DNA of 64,000 nucleotides from positions 248,001 to 312,000 of IMG/VR virus record IMGVR_UViG_3300037882_001770; one strand, written 5' to 3'. Shown here in pieces: positions 8,569-18,855 of this stretch; position 1 is the first letter of the stretch; each line of letters begins with the position of its first letter. A program made the translations under genes and the position numbers. The notes beneath the pieces were generated by a model. It saw only the letters and a list, made by a program, of their open reading frames with translations. It did not search any database and was not told the origin of the DNA.

Positions 8569-10848
8569 ATGCAAAATAATCCCGAAATTGAACAAATTAT
8601 CGAATCTGCGGTCCGCATTGCAAAAGATAAACAGCACGAATACGTACTGACTGAACATGTGTTGCTGGCCATGTTGAAGTATGCGCCGTTTCGCAAAGTC
8701 TTGGCCAAGTATGGAACCACTGTGGATTTGTTTGAACAGGAATTAGAAAGTTATCTTGACAGCCTAGTTAATCTTGTCAAGGCAAATGCCAACTTACAAC
8801 CTAAAAAAACAAATGCACTCGAGCGTTGTTTCAACCGAGCTCTTACTCAGGTACTGTTCACTGGACGTAGAACAATTACCACAGCAGATTTATATCTGGC
8901 CATGATGAGTGAAACAAACAGTCATGCACACTATTTCTTGTTGAAGTATGGCGTAAAGAAAAACGAGTTTGTTGAGTTTTGGCAAAAACACTACAATCAC
9001 AATGATATTAAAATTACCGACCAACAGGCTGATGAAATTTTAACTGAGCACTGTACTGATTTAACCAAGATGGCGCATGAAAATCAACTTGAGCCAATGA
9101 TTGGTCGCAGTAGTGAACTAGATGAAATGATCACAGTGCTGGCTCGCAAGTTCAAAGCCAACGTGCTTATGGTTGGAGATCCCGGAGTAGGCAAGACAGC
9201 TATTGTAGAAGGCCTAGCCCAGGAAATCAATGCAGGACGTGTTCCTGAGTTTCTTAAAGGCTACGAAGTGTGGGGGCTCGAAATTGGCAGCTTGCTTGCT
9301 GGTTCAAAATATCGCGGCGAGTTTGAAGAAAAATTCAAACAAGTTATTAGTGCGTTAGAAGCCAAGAAAAATTGCATCTTGTTTATTGATGAGGCGCACA
9401 CTATGAAAGGTGCTGGCAGTTCTAGCAACAGCACACTTGATTTTGCAAACATGTTAAAACCGGCCATCACCAAGGGCAATTTAAAGGTGGTAGCCAGTAC
9501 TACCTGGGAAGAATTTTACGAATCGTTTGAAAAAGATCGTGCATTGATGCGCCGTTTCCATCGCGTAAGCATCGACGAACCCAACGACGAAACTACAGAA
9601 CAGATTCTAATTGGACTTAGTCCACGTTTGGAATCATATCATAATGTGTTGATTGACACAGATGCTATGACAGCCGCTGTGGAATTAAGTCGACGTTATA
9701 TTCATGATCGTCAAAATCCAGACAAGAGTATCGACTTGTTAGACGGTGCCTGTGCTAAGGAACGTGTTAAAGATATGGGCACAGTGACTATTACCAAGGA
9801 CATGATCATGGCTCAGCTCAGTAGGATCACAAATGTTCCGTTGGATCGTTTACAAAACGAACGTTCGACTAAAATTGTTGATTTAGAAAGCAACATCAAA
9901 CAGAAATTATACGGACAAGATGCCGCAGTCGACGCAGTATTGGATCGTGTGTACATCAACTTCTCTGGTATCGGTAACCAAACACGCCCAATTGCTAGTT
10001 TCTTGTTTTTAGGACCAACAGGTACAGGTAAAACAGAGCTTGCCAAATTGTTAGCCGAAAACTTAGACATGCAGTTGTTGAAATACGATATGAGTGAATA
10101 TCAAGAACGGCATACAGTATCAAGTTTGATTGGTGCACCCCCGGGCTATGTAGGATTTGATGATGGCAATCTAGGTGGCGGCAAACTAATCGCCGACATT
10201 AGTAAAAACCCATTTAGTATTGTGTTGTTTGATGAAATTGAAAAGGCGCATCCGGATGTGATCAATATCATGTTGCAGATGCTGGACGAAGCCAGACTTA
10301 CCAGTAGTAATGGCAAAACTGTGAATCTCAAGAACTGCATTATCATTATGACCAGTAATTTAGGCGCCAAAGACAACGAAAGTAACAATATTGGATTTGC
10401 TCAAAGTTTAGAAAAATCAGGCGAAGAAAATCGTGCAATGAAAGAATTCTTCAAACCTGAGCTACGTAATCGTATTGATCAAATTTGCAAGTTTGTTAAA
10501 TTGGACACATTGGCCATCAAGAAGATTGTGGTCAAGTTTACAGACCAGTTGCAATCCAGTCTTGCTGACAAGAACATCCGTCTCACTCTAAGCGAACCAG
10601 TGATTGATCTGTTGGCTGACAAAGGCTACGATAATAAAATGGGTGCAAGACCACTTAATCGCAAAATTGACGAATTGATACGAGTACCGTTGTCTAAGAA
10701 AATTTTGTTTGATCAATTGACCAACTGCAATATCCATGCAGTGATCAATGGTGATGCAATTGATTTTCAAATTACACCCATGGACGCTCAGCCCATAGTT
10801 GACAGTGAAGGATACATAGTTCTTGATCAATTCAAGCCCACAATCTAA
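8569..10848 (+). CDS. clpA: ClpA-like AAA+ unfoldase
   Basis: Two AAA modules (GDPGVGKT, GPTGTGKT), LIGAPPGYVG, IGF ClpP-docking loop, no ClpB middle domain. Confidence 0.9.
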   Translation: MQNNPEIEQIIESAVRIAKDKQHEYVLTEHVLLAMLKYAPFRKVLAKYGTTVDLFEQELESYLDSLVNLVKANANLQPKKTNALERCFNRALTQVLFTGRRTITTADLYLAMMSETNSHAHYFLLKYGVKKNEFVEFWQKHYNHNDIKITDQQADEILTEHCTDLTKMAHENQLEPMIGRSSELDEMITVLARKFKANVLMVGDPGVGKTAIVEGLAQEINAGRVPEFLKGYEVWGLEIGSLLAGSKYRGEFEEKFKQVISALEAKKNCILFIDEAHTMKGAGSSSNSTLDFANMLKPAITKGNLKVVASTTWEEFYESFEKDRALMRRFHRVSIDEPNDETTEQILIGLSPRLESYHNVLIDTDAMTAAVELSRRYIHDRQNPDKSIDLLDGACAKERVKDMGTVTITKDMIMAQLSRITNVPLDRLQNERSTKIVDLESNIKQKLYGQDAAVDAVLDRVYINFSGIGNQTRPIASFLFLGPTGTGKTELAKLLAENLDMQLLKYDMSEYQERHTVSSLIGAPPGYVGFDDGNLGGGKLIADISKNPFSIVLFDEIEKAHPDVINIMLQMLDEARLTSSNGKTVNLKNCIIIMTSNLGAKDNESNNIGFAQSLEKSGEENRAMKEFFKPELRNRIDQICKFVKLDTLAIKKIVVKFTDQLQSSLADKNIRLTLSEPVIDLLADKGYDNKMGARPLNRKIDELIRVPLSKKILFDQLTNCNIHAVINGDAIDFQITPMDAQPIVDSEGYIVLDQFKPTI

Positions 10849-11518
10849 AAAAGTTATCAAGGATCGATTATTTTATAATCGATTTGTGCATTGTATAAGT
10901 TTTAGCTTGCCCGAGATCAGTTGTCTCAAAGAGCTGGATCATCAACATATTGACCGCATGGTGGCCAAACGCAAAAGTTGGAGAGAAATAAGTCAGCAAC
11001 ACAACAGATTTCTCTCCAACTTGACGCGGACCTGGCGAGAAATAACTGATGACGATCTAGCAAATCTTCACAATTTGTGCGATGTGTTGTTGCAGGAGGC
11101 CATATCAGAATTTAAACTAGTGACCAGTATGAATCGAGGCTGGGTATATACCAACAATACAGATTTTTTAAACAAGATTGCTGAATTTCCTGCAATTCAA
11201 ATTTTAGGAATGTCGGAAGCAGTTATCACTAGACCCAAAAATACCATCAGTTTAAAAACGTCAAAGTATCAATATAGAAGTTATTTTAAACTGATTAAAG
11301 TCAGCCAACAACAAAAAAATCAACTGTTGAATTTTTTAGTCAATCAACAAGATCACATACGTATTAGCCCGGCGTTGCAACTATGGATCAATCAACCGTT
11401 TAATCGAATTCAGGATTACTTTTTTATTGATCACGATTCAGAATCCTGGTTAACCATGCTGAGTTTAGTACACCCAGGATTAATAAGAAAAACAATGGAA
11501 ATAATCCCGGCTAAATAA
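10823..11518 (+). CDS. Hypothetical phage protein
   Basis: 231 aa ORF; exact start uncertain. Confidence 0.6.
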   Translation: MINSSPQSKKVIKDRLFYNRFVHCISFSLPEISCLKELDHQHIDRMVAKRKSWREISQQHNRFLSNLTRTWREITDDDLANLHNLCDVLLQEAISEFKLVTSMNRGWVYTNNTDFLNKIAEFPAIQILGMSEAVITRPKNTISLKTSKYQYRSYFKLIKVSQQQKNQLLNFLVNQQDHIRISPALQLWINQPFNRIQDYFFIDHDSESWLTMLSLVHPGLIRKTMEIIPAK

Positions 11519-11524
11519 TACACT

Positions 11525-11692
11525 ATGGCAAAATTAATTGAACAAACCCTTATTATTACCGTCAGCAGGATGGTTCCAAATTCCAATGAGAATCCTGTAT
11601 TACCATTGAGTCCAGATAACCTGTCAGAAATTGCCAGCGTTGTAGAAGCATTGGCTGGTGACAACACCTTGGTAGAAATTACTCAGGCATGA
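11525..11692 (+). CDS. Small hypothetical protein (55 aa, missing from ORF track)
   Basis: MAKLIEQTLIITVSRM..., preceded by TAAATA, ATGA overlap with the next gene. Confidence 0.6.
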   Translation: MAKLIEQTLIITVSRMVPNSNENPVLPLSPDNLSEIASVVEALAGDNTLVEITQA

Positions 11693-12054
11693 GTTTGACC
11701 ACGCTTACTTTGCTGGATACCACAGTTTATGGAACTGCTTCAGGAAACTATGATGGCAGCAGTGAAGGCTTTTTTGGAAATTCTGTTGTTGCAGCCAATT
11801 ACTATGCCGGTCAAGGCAGTATACAAACCATGACTATTCGAGTCACTGGATTCAATGGTCTGATAACTGCTCAAGCCACTCTCAACGATGATCCGGCTTC
11901 GGCTGAATGGTTTGACGTTTATACGTACGGTGGCGACAGTGTACCACGTACAGATACTCATCCGGCCACCATCACTGGAAATTTTAGCTATATGCGAGTT
12001 GAAATTTCAGAATTCTCAGACGGCACTATCAATTCTATTACATTGGCTTACTAA
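11689..12054 (+). CDS. Hypothetical beta-rich, possibly virion protein
   Basis: Thr/Gly/Ser-rich 121 aa ORF in a late unit. Confidence 0.55.
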   Translation: MSLTTLTLLDTTVYGTASGNYDGSSEGFFGNSVVAANYYAGQGSIQTMTIRVTGFNGLITAQATLNDDPASAEWFDVYTYGGDSVPRTDTHPATITGNFSYMRVEISEFSDGTINSITLAY

Positions 12055-12068
12055 GTTTTAAAACACAA

Positions 12069-12512
12069 ATGAATAACAATTTGATTATTACCTGTAGCAT
12101 CGGCACCACCAATAAAACAGTGCCATTGGGCATTGAAGTTTGGTTGGATAATCGGCTTTTACTCAACATGGACCATGTGACCAATGTGAATGATTGTGCA
12201 TGGGAAATCGGCGACGCCGAATGTGATCACGAGCTTAAATTTGTGATGAAGAACAAAAGTCCCGAGCATACAAAAATTAATGAGCAAGGACAAATTGTTC
12301 AAGATGCCACGTTAACTATAGGCAATCTGACATTTCAAGAAATTGAGATGGAAAAGATATTCTTGGAAAAAGCAGTTTACACACATAATTTCAATGGCAC
12401 ACAAAATACCATCGACACCAAGTTCTACGGCGAAATGGGCTGCAATGGTACATTGATTTTTAAATTTGCTACCCCTGTATACAGTTGGTTGCTTGAGAAT
12501 ATGAATCCCTAA
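12069..12512 (+). CDS. Hypothetical protein
   Basis: 147 aa ORF. Confidence 0.6.
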   Translation: MNNNLIITCSIGTTNKTVPLGIEVWLDNRLLLNMDHVTNVNDCAWEIGDAECDHELKFVMKNKSPEHTKINEQGQIVQDATLTIGNLTFQEIEMEKIFLEKAVYTHNFNGTQNTIDTKFYGEMGCNGTLIFKFATPVYSWLLENMNP

Positions 12513-12524
12513 CTAAATATTACA

Positions 12525-13274
12525 ATGCGCACTATTGTAATATATCCAGGAAGATTTCACCCATTTCACCGAGGCCACAAGGCCAGCTACGATTATCTTG
12601 TTCAGCAATTTGGTGCGGGCAATGTGTTTATTGCAACTAGCGATGTGCAGGCTCCTGTTACCAGTCCGTTCAGCTACAGCGACAAGGTAACTATGATGTC
12701 TAAGTTAGGCGTACCCTCGGGCAGAATAGCGCGAGTCAAAAGCCCGTACCAGGCCACAGAAATTACCGGGCAAATTGATGACAAAGAGCACACTGCCTTA
12801 ATATTTGCTGTCAGTGAAAAGGACATGCAAGGCGACACAGCTAGATTTAAATTTGGCACAAAAAAGAATGGCGAGCCCAGTTACATGCAACCCATGCCAG
12901 TGGCTGGTAAATTGCAACCAATGTCAAAACATGCGTATGTGATGATCACACCCACAGTCAATTTCAAAGTCAAAGGTGCCGACGCCAACAGTGCCAGTCA
13001 AATAAGAAAATTATATCTAGACGGAAACGACGCGGACCGCGATCAAATCATTGCAGATTTGTACGGAGAAGTTGAGCCACACATTCGAGATATATTTGAT
13101 CAGCGGTTGGCAGTGACACAAAATACACAAAATTTAGTTGCAGAAGCAAGAATTAAAAATCCTGGTCGTGCTGTAGCATTGTTAGAAGCCATATCAAGGT
13201 TGGAAAAAACAGCCAATTATATCGAATTTGAAGACCTTAGTTTAGACTACATCAACGAAAAACTCAGCCGCTAA
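12525..13274 (+). CDS. HxGH nucleotidyltransferase (cytidylyl/NMN adenylyltransferase-like)
   Basis: YPGRFHPFHRGH and C-terminal SASQIR; TAAATA 5 nt upstream. Confidence 0.75.
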   Translation: MRTIVIYPGRFHPFHRGHKASYDYLVQQFGAGNVFIATSDVQAPVTSPFSYSDKVTMMSKLGVPSGRIARVKSPYQATEITGQIDDKEHTALIFAVSEKDMQGDTARFKFGTKKNGEPSYMQPMPVAGKLQPMSKHAYVMITPTVNFKVKGADANSASQIRKLYLDGNDADRDQIIADLYGEVEPHIRDIFDQRLAVTQNTQNLVAEARIKNPGRAVALLEAISRLEKTANYIEFEDLSLDYINEKLSR

Positions 13275-13276
13275 GG

Positions 13277-13333
13277 TTGCAAAAAATAACCATCACTGCT
13301 ATACTCTATTAAATATCAGACACTTTAATAGAG
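13277..13333 (+). promoter_or_regulatory. Overlapping sigma70 promoter, TAAATA and RBS-sequestering inverted repeat
   Basis: TTGCAA-N17-TATACT; TAAATA 13310-13315; perfect 10 bp CTCTATTAAA/TTTAATAGAG whose 3' arm overlaps GAGG. Confidence 0.6.
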
Positions 13334-13339
13334 GAACCA

Positions 13340-14200
13340 ATGTCAGACCAAACAACTCCACAAACAGCACCAGCTGGACAACAACAAATTCAAGTAAATA
13401 TTGACTTTTTGCGCACCACTCGCGTACATATTTGTATGCCATGTTATGGTGGCATGCTGACAGAATCAACATTTATGAGTTATATCAAGTGGTCAAACAC
13501 TGCCCGCCAATTGGGCATTGATTGGACCATGGAAACCATGACCAATGAGTCATTGATTAGCCGCGCTAGAAATACTCTTACATCCAAGTTCCTGCACAAT
13601 AAAGAATCAACACACTTGATGTTTATCGATGCTGACATTGGCTGGGAGCCATGGCACCTGTTGGTCATGTTGAATCGTGACGTGGACGTTATCGGCGGTT
13701 TATATCCAATGAAGAGCCTGCCAGTTAAGTGGTGTGTTAATGGATTTGACGGCGCCGAAGAAGGTCCAGACGGACTACAAGAAGTCAGCAAAACTGGCAC
13801 AGGATTTATGTTGATCAAGCGTCATGTGTTTGAAAAATTAGACCAACATCCGGCCACAAAGCCTTTCATTAACGACATTGGTTTGCCAGCAGAATTAAAC
13901 CCTTACATGAAAACCTACTTTGATACCGCAGTTCGCGAAAATCGTTACTACAGCGAAGACTGGACATTCTGTGAAAACTTCCGCGATTTGGGTGGTAAGA
14001 TTTGGGTGGACAAGCGTGTGTTGCTCAAGCATACAGGTACCTATGTGTTTGACTTTGCTACCCAAGACCAACTGTACAAGGACCTACATAGCCTGGCATT
14101 GACTAACAACGTAGCACTGCCCAGCACTGCTGAACCTGCACCTGCATCACCAGCCAAAGTGTTGGCACAGAGTAACAAGAAGAAAGCCAAAAGCAAGTAA
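13340..14200 (+). CDS. GT-A-fold glycosyltransferase-like protein
   Basis: ICMPCYGG, ESLISRARN, FIDADI (DxD), GTGFMLIKR, SEDWTFC. Confidence 0.7.
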   Translation: MSDQTTPQTAPAGQQQIQVNIDFLRTTRVHICMPCYGGMLTESTFMSYIKWSNTARQLGIDWTMETMTNESLISRARNTLTSKFLHNKESTHLMFIDADIGWEPWHLLVMLNRDVDVIGGLYPMKSLPVKWCVNGFDGAEEGPDGLQEVSKTGTGFMLIKRHVFEKLDQHPATKPFINDIGLPAELNPYMKTYFDTAVRENRYYSEDWTFCENFRDLGGKIWVDKRVLLKHTGTYVFDFATQDQLYKDLHSLALTNNVALPSTAEPAPASPAKVLAQSNKKKAKSK

Positions 14201-14217
14201 CGGTAAATACAGTTCAT

Positions 14218-17200
14218 ATGAATATTAATGAACTGGATTCTTTTCGTCTTTCTGATGCTGTAAAGTTTAATGATACATTAAACCCACGTCTGTGGGACAA
14301 GCAAGAAAAATTAAAGCCCGAAATCCGAAATCGTCTGTTGGAAATAGCCGACGATTTTCGTGAGTTTTTAGGCGTTACTAATTTACAACTCAAAGACATT
14401 ACAATATCAGGCTCTAATGCAGCCTATACCTACACCCCACACAGCGACATTGACCTGCACTTAGTGGTGGACCTGCCCGAAGCAGATCAAAACGAAGTGT
14501 ACCGTGAATTGTTTGACGCTAAAAAATATCAATACAATGATATGCACAATATCAAACTTGGTGGGCACGATGTAGAATTGTATGTTGAAAATGCCAACAA
14601 AAAACCAGTTAGTCAAGGCATATACAGTGTCTTGAACAACGAGTGGGTTGATATTCCGCAACGTAAAAAAGCCAATGTTGACGACATTAGCACTCGCAAC
14701 AAATACAATGATTTGAGTCAGCGCATTGATTCTGCTATTCGCAGTGGCGATCAAGAACAGATAGAAACACTCAGCAGCAAAATCAAAGAAATGCGTCAGA
14801 CTGGACTAGATCAGCACGGTGAATTTGGTCCAGAGAATTTGGCATTTAAAATGTTGCGTACTCAAGGCAAAATCAAAGAGCTATACGATGCTCGCAATGC
14901 GGCCAAAGACGAATTGTTGAGCTTGGATGAACGCAAAAAGAAACGCAAAAAGAAAGTTCGTTACGGATACGGCGGTTACTGGTATCCAGGCACAGCCTAT
15001 GCCGGTCAAGATCATTCAGCCGGAACCGAAGGTGGTGGTGGAGACGGTGGTGGTGGTGGTGAAAGCATCAGAGAATCTGCGGAAACCACCGACGAAGAAA
15101 TTCTTAAAGACTTTGTTGACTTTTGTGTCAAAGAATTAAAAATAGAAAATTTACCAATTATTAAATTACGACGTGATCCGCAATGGCCGGTGGTGCACAA
15201 AACCTTTGGGCGTTATAACGATGACAAAGAAATGCTGGAAGTGGCATTCGGTCAACGACACATTATGGATGTGCTTCGCACAGTGGCGCATGAGCTTACC
15301 CATCGGCATCAACACGAGCGTGAAGACGTTCCGGGTGATGCCGGTGAAACCGGCAGTCCTTACGAAAACGAAGCCAATGCCAGGGCCGGAGTACTCATGC
15401 GTGACTATGCCGGACTGCACCCAGAATATTTCAAAGTAGGACAAGCAGAAGAATCACACTGTGACGAAGTTGATGAAGGGCTCAAAGGTAAATTAGGTGC
15501 CATGGCTGCTGCGGCGTGTATCGCTGGCACCCCTGGATGTTCAACTACTGCTGGTGCTCTTAAAACTGCACAAGATGTTGGGCGCACTGCTCAGACTGTT
15601 AAGAACATGAGCCGTGCTGGTGTTCAAGATGAGCTTGGCCAAGAACTGCGTAATTTTCTTCGGGCCCAGGGCGGCGAACCTGGCAGTCAAAATCAAAGTA
15701 GATTGTACCAATTACAAAAGCGAGCCACACAAAAAGAATCAGCTAGTGGCTATATTCCCACAAAGAAACAAGCCAAAGATCCACGTTTCAGCATGGCACT
15801 TACACAGGATATCAAGCCTGGCCAACTGGGTAAAGAGGCAAACAAATTAAAATTAAAGACCGATCGTCAAGGCCATCCGCAAGTAGCTAGCCCCAATGGC
15901 TTGTTTGAAAAATTAAGTTTAGAATTAAACAAATTTAAAAAAGGTGAAACAGACGAAGACTATAGTCCAGACAATCCGCCCGGACCCGAGTTTAAGCCCA
16001 CTATGCCAGCAGGAACTCTGCGTGTAGATGTAAGCGATGTATATGATTGGTACAAATTAGGCCAACATATCAGCAACATGCAAGGCCTAGGCAAACATGA
16101 TTTTGGTCAAGGTCCTCCTGGTGCTATTGTTAGTTTTGGTGACGAAGATACCGAACATAAATTTATCCAAGATCTTGAAGCCACTGGGTTGGATATCACA
16201 GACATTGATCCTGCAGATCCAAAACAACCTGCTGGGATGCGCACCATCAAAACAGATCCTACATACAAGGTAGATGAAGTAATACAAGCTCCTGTAAACA
16301 AATATAAAGATGATAAACAGTATTATAATTTCATTATGGCCAAACATAAACTAGGCCGCCCATTAACACGTCAAGAACAAGAATATGTAAGAAGCTACAA
16401 AATGTTTAATCAACAAGTTGCAGAATCTGTTGACCAACTAGACGAAGTGGCCATGAGCCCCAGTGCCTTGGCCAAGTGGGCTCAAAGTCCAGAAGCCGAA
16501 GGCATACGTGCTGGTTTTGAAGCCGAACTGATCTTTCGCGATACTACCAATGACGACGATGATGATACCGAAATGGAGCCCGACTATGATTATGACGAAC
16601 GGCCTCGCAGTATATCGGATGTCATAGACTTTTTTAATGGTGGCGACTACGGTGGCCTGAGTGATAGACAAGAAGGTCGATTACAAGACGGTCTAGATCA
16701 ACAGTACATGGAGTGGCAAGACGAACGCATGTATGACGCCTGGCGTGACGAACGTGAAGACTTGATCCGTGAAGCCTGGTTGCGTGAAAAGCCCATGGTT
16801 GAACGTGTTCACGACTATCTAGTAGAAGGCATGGACATGGACGATCGAGAAGCTGATCGCATTCAAGCAGCCGGCGACGCGGCCCCACGCTTTACCAAAT
16901 TGAGTGACCAAGAGGCTTACAAACAAGCCAACCCAGATTACGCAACTTATTTGGAAGCCGATGAAGGCGCCGAAGAAATCCTACAAGAAGAAGTTGAGCA
17001 GACCATTGAGAAAGAAGATGGCTTCTACGACGAAGTCCTGGATGAATTCCGCGAGAATTTTTATACTGACGATGACTCTAGCTTCTTTCAGGATGTTGGG
17101 CTGGGTTACATGAGTGACATAGCGTCAGAATACAGCTTAGACTGGCCTTATCTGACTGGATCCGGCGGTGGCAACAACGGTGGACGTCGTGAGTGGGATG

Positions 17201-18855
17201 ATGTTGGCAACAGTTTACAAGATGCTATAGACATGCCGGTTCGAGTCAGCCAGGGCTATCACAGCATGCCACGCAAGGAAGGTCAATGGATTGTGGAACC
17301 TGACTCCAGTTTGAGTCCGGACGACAGAGAAGACTTTGGCTTGGAAATAGTAAGCCCACCCTTGCCCCTATTGACTGCACTGGAAAAACTGCAAGAAGTC
17401 ACCGACTGGGCCAACAATCCCTCAGAAGGCAATGCCTATACCAACAGCAGTACAGGCCTACACATGGGTGTCAGCGTGCCTTATAAAGGTGGCGATGTGG
17501 ACTACTTAAAACTGATCCTGTTCCTAGGTGACGAATATGTGTTGCAGAGTTTTGGACGTGAAGCTAATACATATACCAAATCAGCTATGAAAGCCTTCCG
17601 TGAAAACATTAGGTCAGGACGTGCTGATCCTGCAGGTGCCATGGCCCTGATGCGGAGCAACCTAATAGAGTTTGCCTATAGGGAAATACAAAAAGGTGTG
17701 GGTGGCGGCAAGTACACCAGTGCGCACATACAGGACGGCTATATTGAATTCCGTAGTGCTGGTGGTGACTGGTTGGCCGAGGAGTCAGCAGATCCCCAAA
17801 AGTTATCCAGTACCATGTTGCGCTATGCTAGAGCCATGCAGATAGCGGCCGACCCTAGTGCCGAACGTAGAGAGTTTGCCAAAAAGTTATACAAGATGGT
17901 GTCTCCCGAAGGTGATAGTCAACTAGCCCTGTTCAGTCAGTTTTCTGCAGGTGAGCTCACAGCAGAACAACTCAAGAAAAAGTGGGCTGAAAAGACCATT
18001 GGCACAGAAAAGAAAGCAAATCAACGCTGGAAGCTGTATCAAATGGCCGACGGCGGATGGCAACCGGTGTCAGGTGCTGAATGGAACGGCTACACTGAAG
18101 AGCAGGTCAAGAATGCTGTATGGAGCAAGTACGGGCGTGAAGCACTAGATTCCGGTGAATACAAGTTGGTCAACATGGGCGAGCAGGAGTGGGAAGTATA
18201 CCGTGTTGACACAGGTGAAACTCTCGAAGTGGTCAAAGGCAAGAGTCGAGGCGAAGTGGCTGATTCAGTGTATGACAAGTACGCAACCCAAAAGATTGGA
18301 TTCAATGTGCGTCCATATCAAGATCCTGCCACCATGACTCCAAGAGCCAAGTTGGCCAAGCGTATTGCAACCAAGAAACCAGAACCAAAACAAGTAGCCA
18401 ACCAAGCAACCAACGAGCGTGGCGTTCCTTATTGGGAAGTATATGACATTAGCAACGACCAGATTGTGATCCATACATTCCTAAGTGATACCGCAGCCGA
18501 CGCCAAAGTAGATGGAGCAAATTGGCTGAAAAGTTTTGGTGCTACACACCCCGAGTTGTTTGCAGTAAGACCCAAGATAAAAACCGCACAGGTCAAAGAT
18601 GTAGAACCTAATGTGGCACAGAACTTTGACAGTGCTCGAGACAGTGCCACCCTGCAGACCAACTTGCAAGGCAGGTCATCGCCGGATGCAACTGAAGTCC
18701 CTCGCAACTGGGAATTCGTAAATCGTATAAACGGTCAAGTTATTCATAATATGACAAATGCCAGCTATAACCAGGCCAATGTAGTGCAAGATAATCTTGA
18801 ACTTAGATATCCAGATGCAGACATATATTTGCGTAGTGTAGAGAGATCAAATTAA
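14218..18855 (+). CDS. Large polyvalent protein: Pol-beta nucleotidyltransferase + zincin metallopeptidase + amidoligase + repeated C-terminal modules
   Basis: ISGSNA...SDIDLHL (GS/DxD); VAHELTHRHQ...ENEANA; GFEAEL, EPDSSL, EIVSPP, STGLHMGVS, IEFRS. Confidence 0.75.
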   Translation: MNINELDSFRLSDAVKFNDTLNPRLWDKQEKLKPEIRNRLLEIADDFREFLGVTNLQLKDITISGSNAAYTYTPHSDIDLHLVVDLPEADQNEVYRELFDAKKYQYNDMHNIKLGGHDVELYVENANKKPVSQGIYSVLNNEWVDIPQRKKANVDDISTRNKYNDLSQRIDSAIRSGDQEQIETLSSKIKEMRQTGLDQHGEFGPENLAFKMLRTQGKIKELYDARNAAKDELLSLDERKKKRKKKVRYGYGGYWYPGTAYAGQDHSAGTEGGGGDGGGGGESIRESAETTDEEILKDFVDFCVKELKIENLPIIKLRRDPQWPVVHKTFGRYNDDKEMLEVAFGQRHIMDVLRTVAHELTHRHQHEREDVPGDAGETGSPYENEANARAGVLMRDYAGLHPEYFKVGQAEESHCDEVDEGLKGKLGAMAAAACIAGTPGCSTTAGALKTAQDVGRTAQTVKNMSRAGVQDELGQELRNFLRAQGGEPGSQNQSRLYQLQKRATQKESASGYIPTKKQAKDPRFSMALTQDIKPGQLGKEANKLKLKTDRQGHPQVASPNGLFEKLSLELNKFKKGETDEDYSPDNPPGPEFKPTMPAGTLRVDVSDVYDWYKLGQHISNMQGLGKHDFGQGPPGAIVSFGDEDTEHKFIQDLEATGLDITDIDPADPKQPAGMRTIKTDPTYKVDEVIQAPVNKYKDDKQYYNFIMAKHKLGRPLTRQEQEYVRSYKMFNQQVAESVDQLDEVAMSPSALAKWAQSPEAEGIRAGFEAELIFRDTTNDDDDDTEMEPDYDYDERPRSISDVIDFFNGGDYGGLSDRQEGRLQDGLDQQYMEWQDERMYDAWRDEREDLIREAWLREKPMVERVHDYLVEGMDMDDREADRIQAAGDAAPRFTKLSDQEAYKQANPDYATYLEADEGAEEILQEEVEQTIEKEDGFYDEVLDEFRENFYTDDDSSFFQDVGLGYMSDIASEYSLDWPYLTGSGGGNNGGRREWDDVGNSLQDAIDMPVRVSQGYHSMPRKEGQWIVEPDSSLSPDDREDFGLEIVSPPLPLLTALEKLQEVTDWANNPSEGNAYTNSSTGLHMGVSVPYKGGDVDYLKLILFLGDEYVLQSFGREANTYTKSAMKAFRENIRSGRADPAGAMALMRSNLIEFAYREIQKGVGGGKYTSAHIQDGYIEFRSAGGDWLAEESADPQKLSSTMLRYARAMQIAADPSAERREFAKKLYKMVSPEGDSQLALFSQFSAGELTAEQLKKKWAEKTIGTEKKANQRWKLYQMADGGWQPVSGAEWNGYTEEQVKNAVWSKYGREALDSGEYKLVNMGEQEWEVYRVDTGETLEVVKGKSRGEVADSVYDKYATQKIGFNVRPYQDPATMTPRAKLAKRIATKKPEPKQVANQATNERGVPYWEVYDISNDQIVIHTFLSDTAADAKVDGANWLKSFGATHPELFAVRPKIKTAQVKDVEPNVAQNFDSARDSATLQTNLQGRSSPDATEVPRNWEFVNRINGQVIHNMTNASYNQANVVQDNLELRYPDADIYLRSVERSN

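Noticed and set aside
15030-15062. GGT trinucleotide run as a repeat element
   Set aside because: Encodes a Gly linker within the polyvalent protein.
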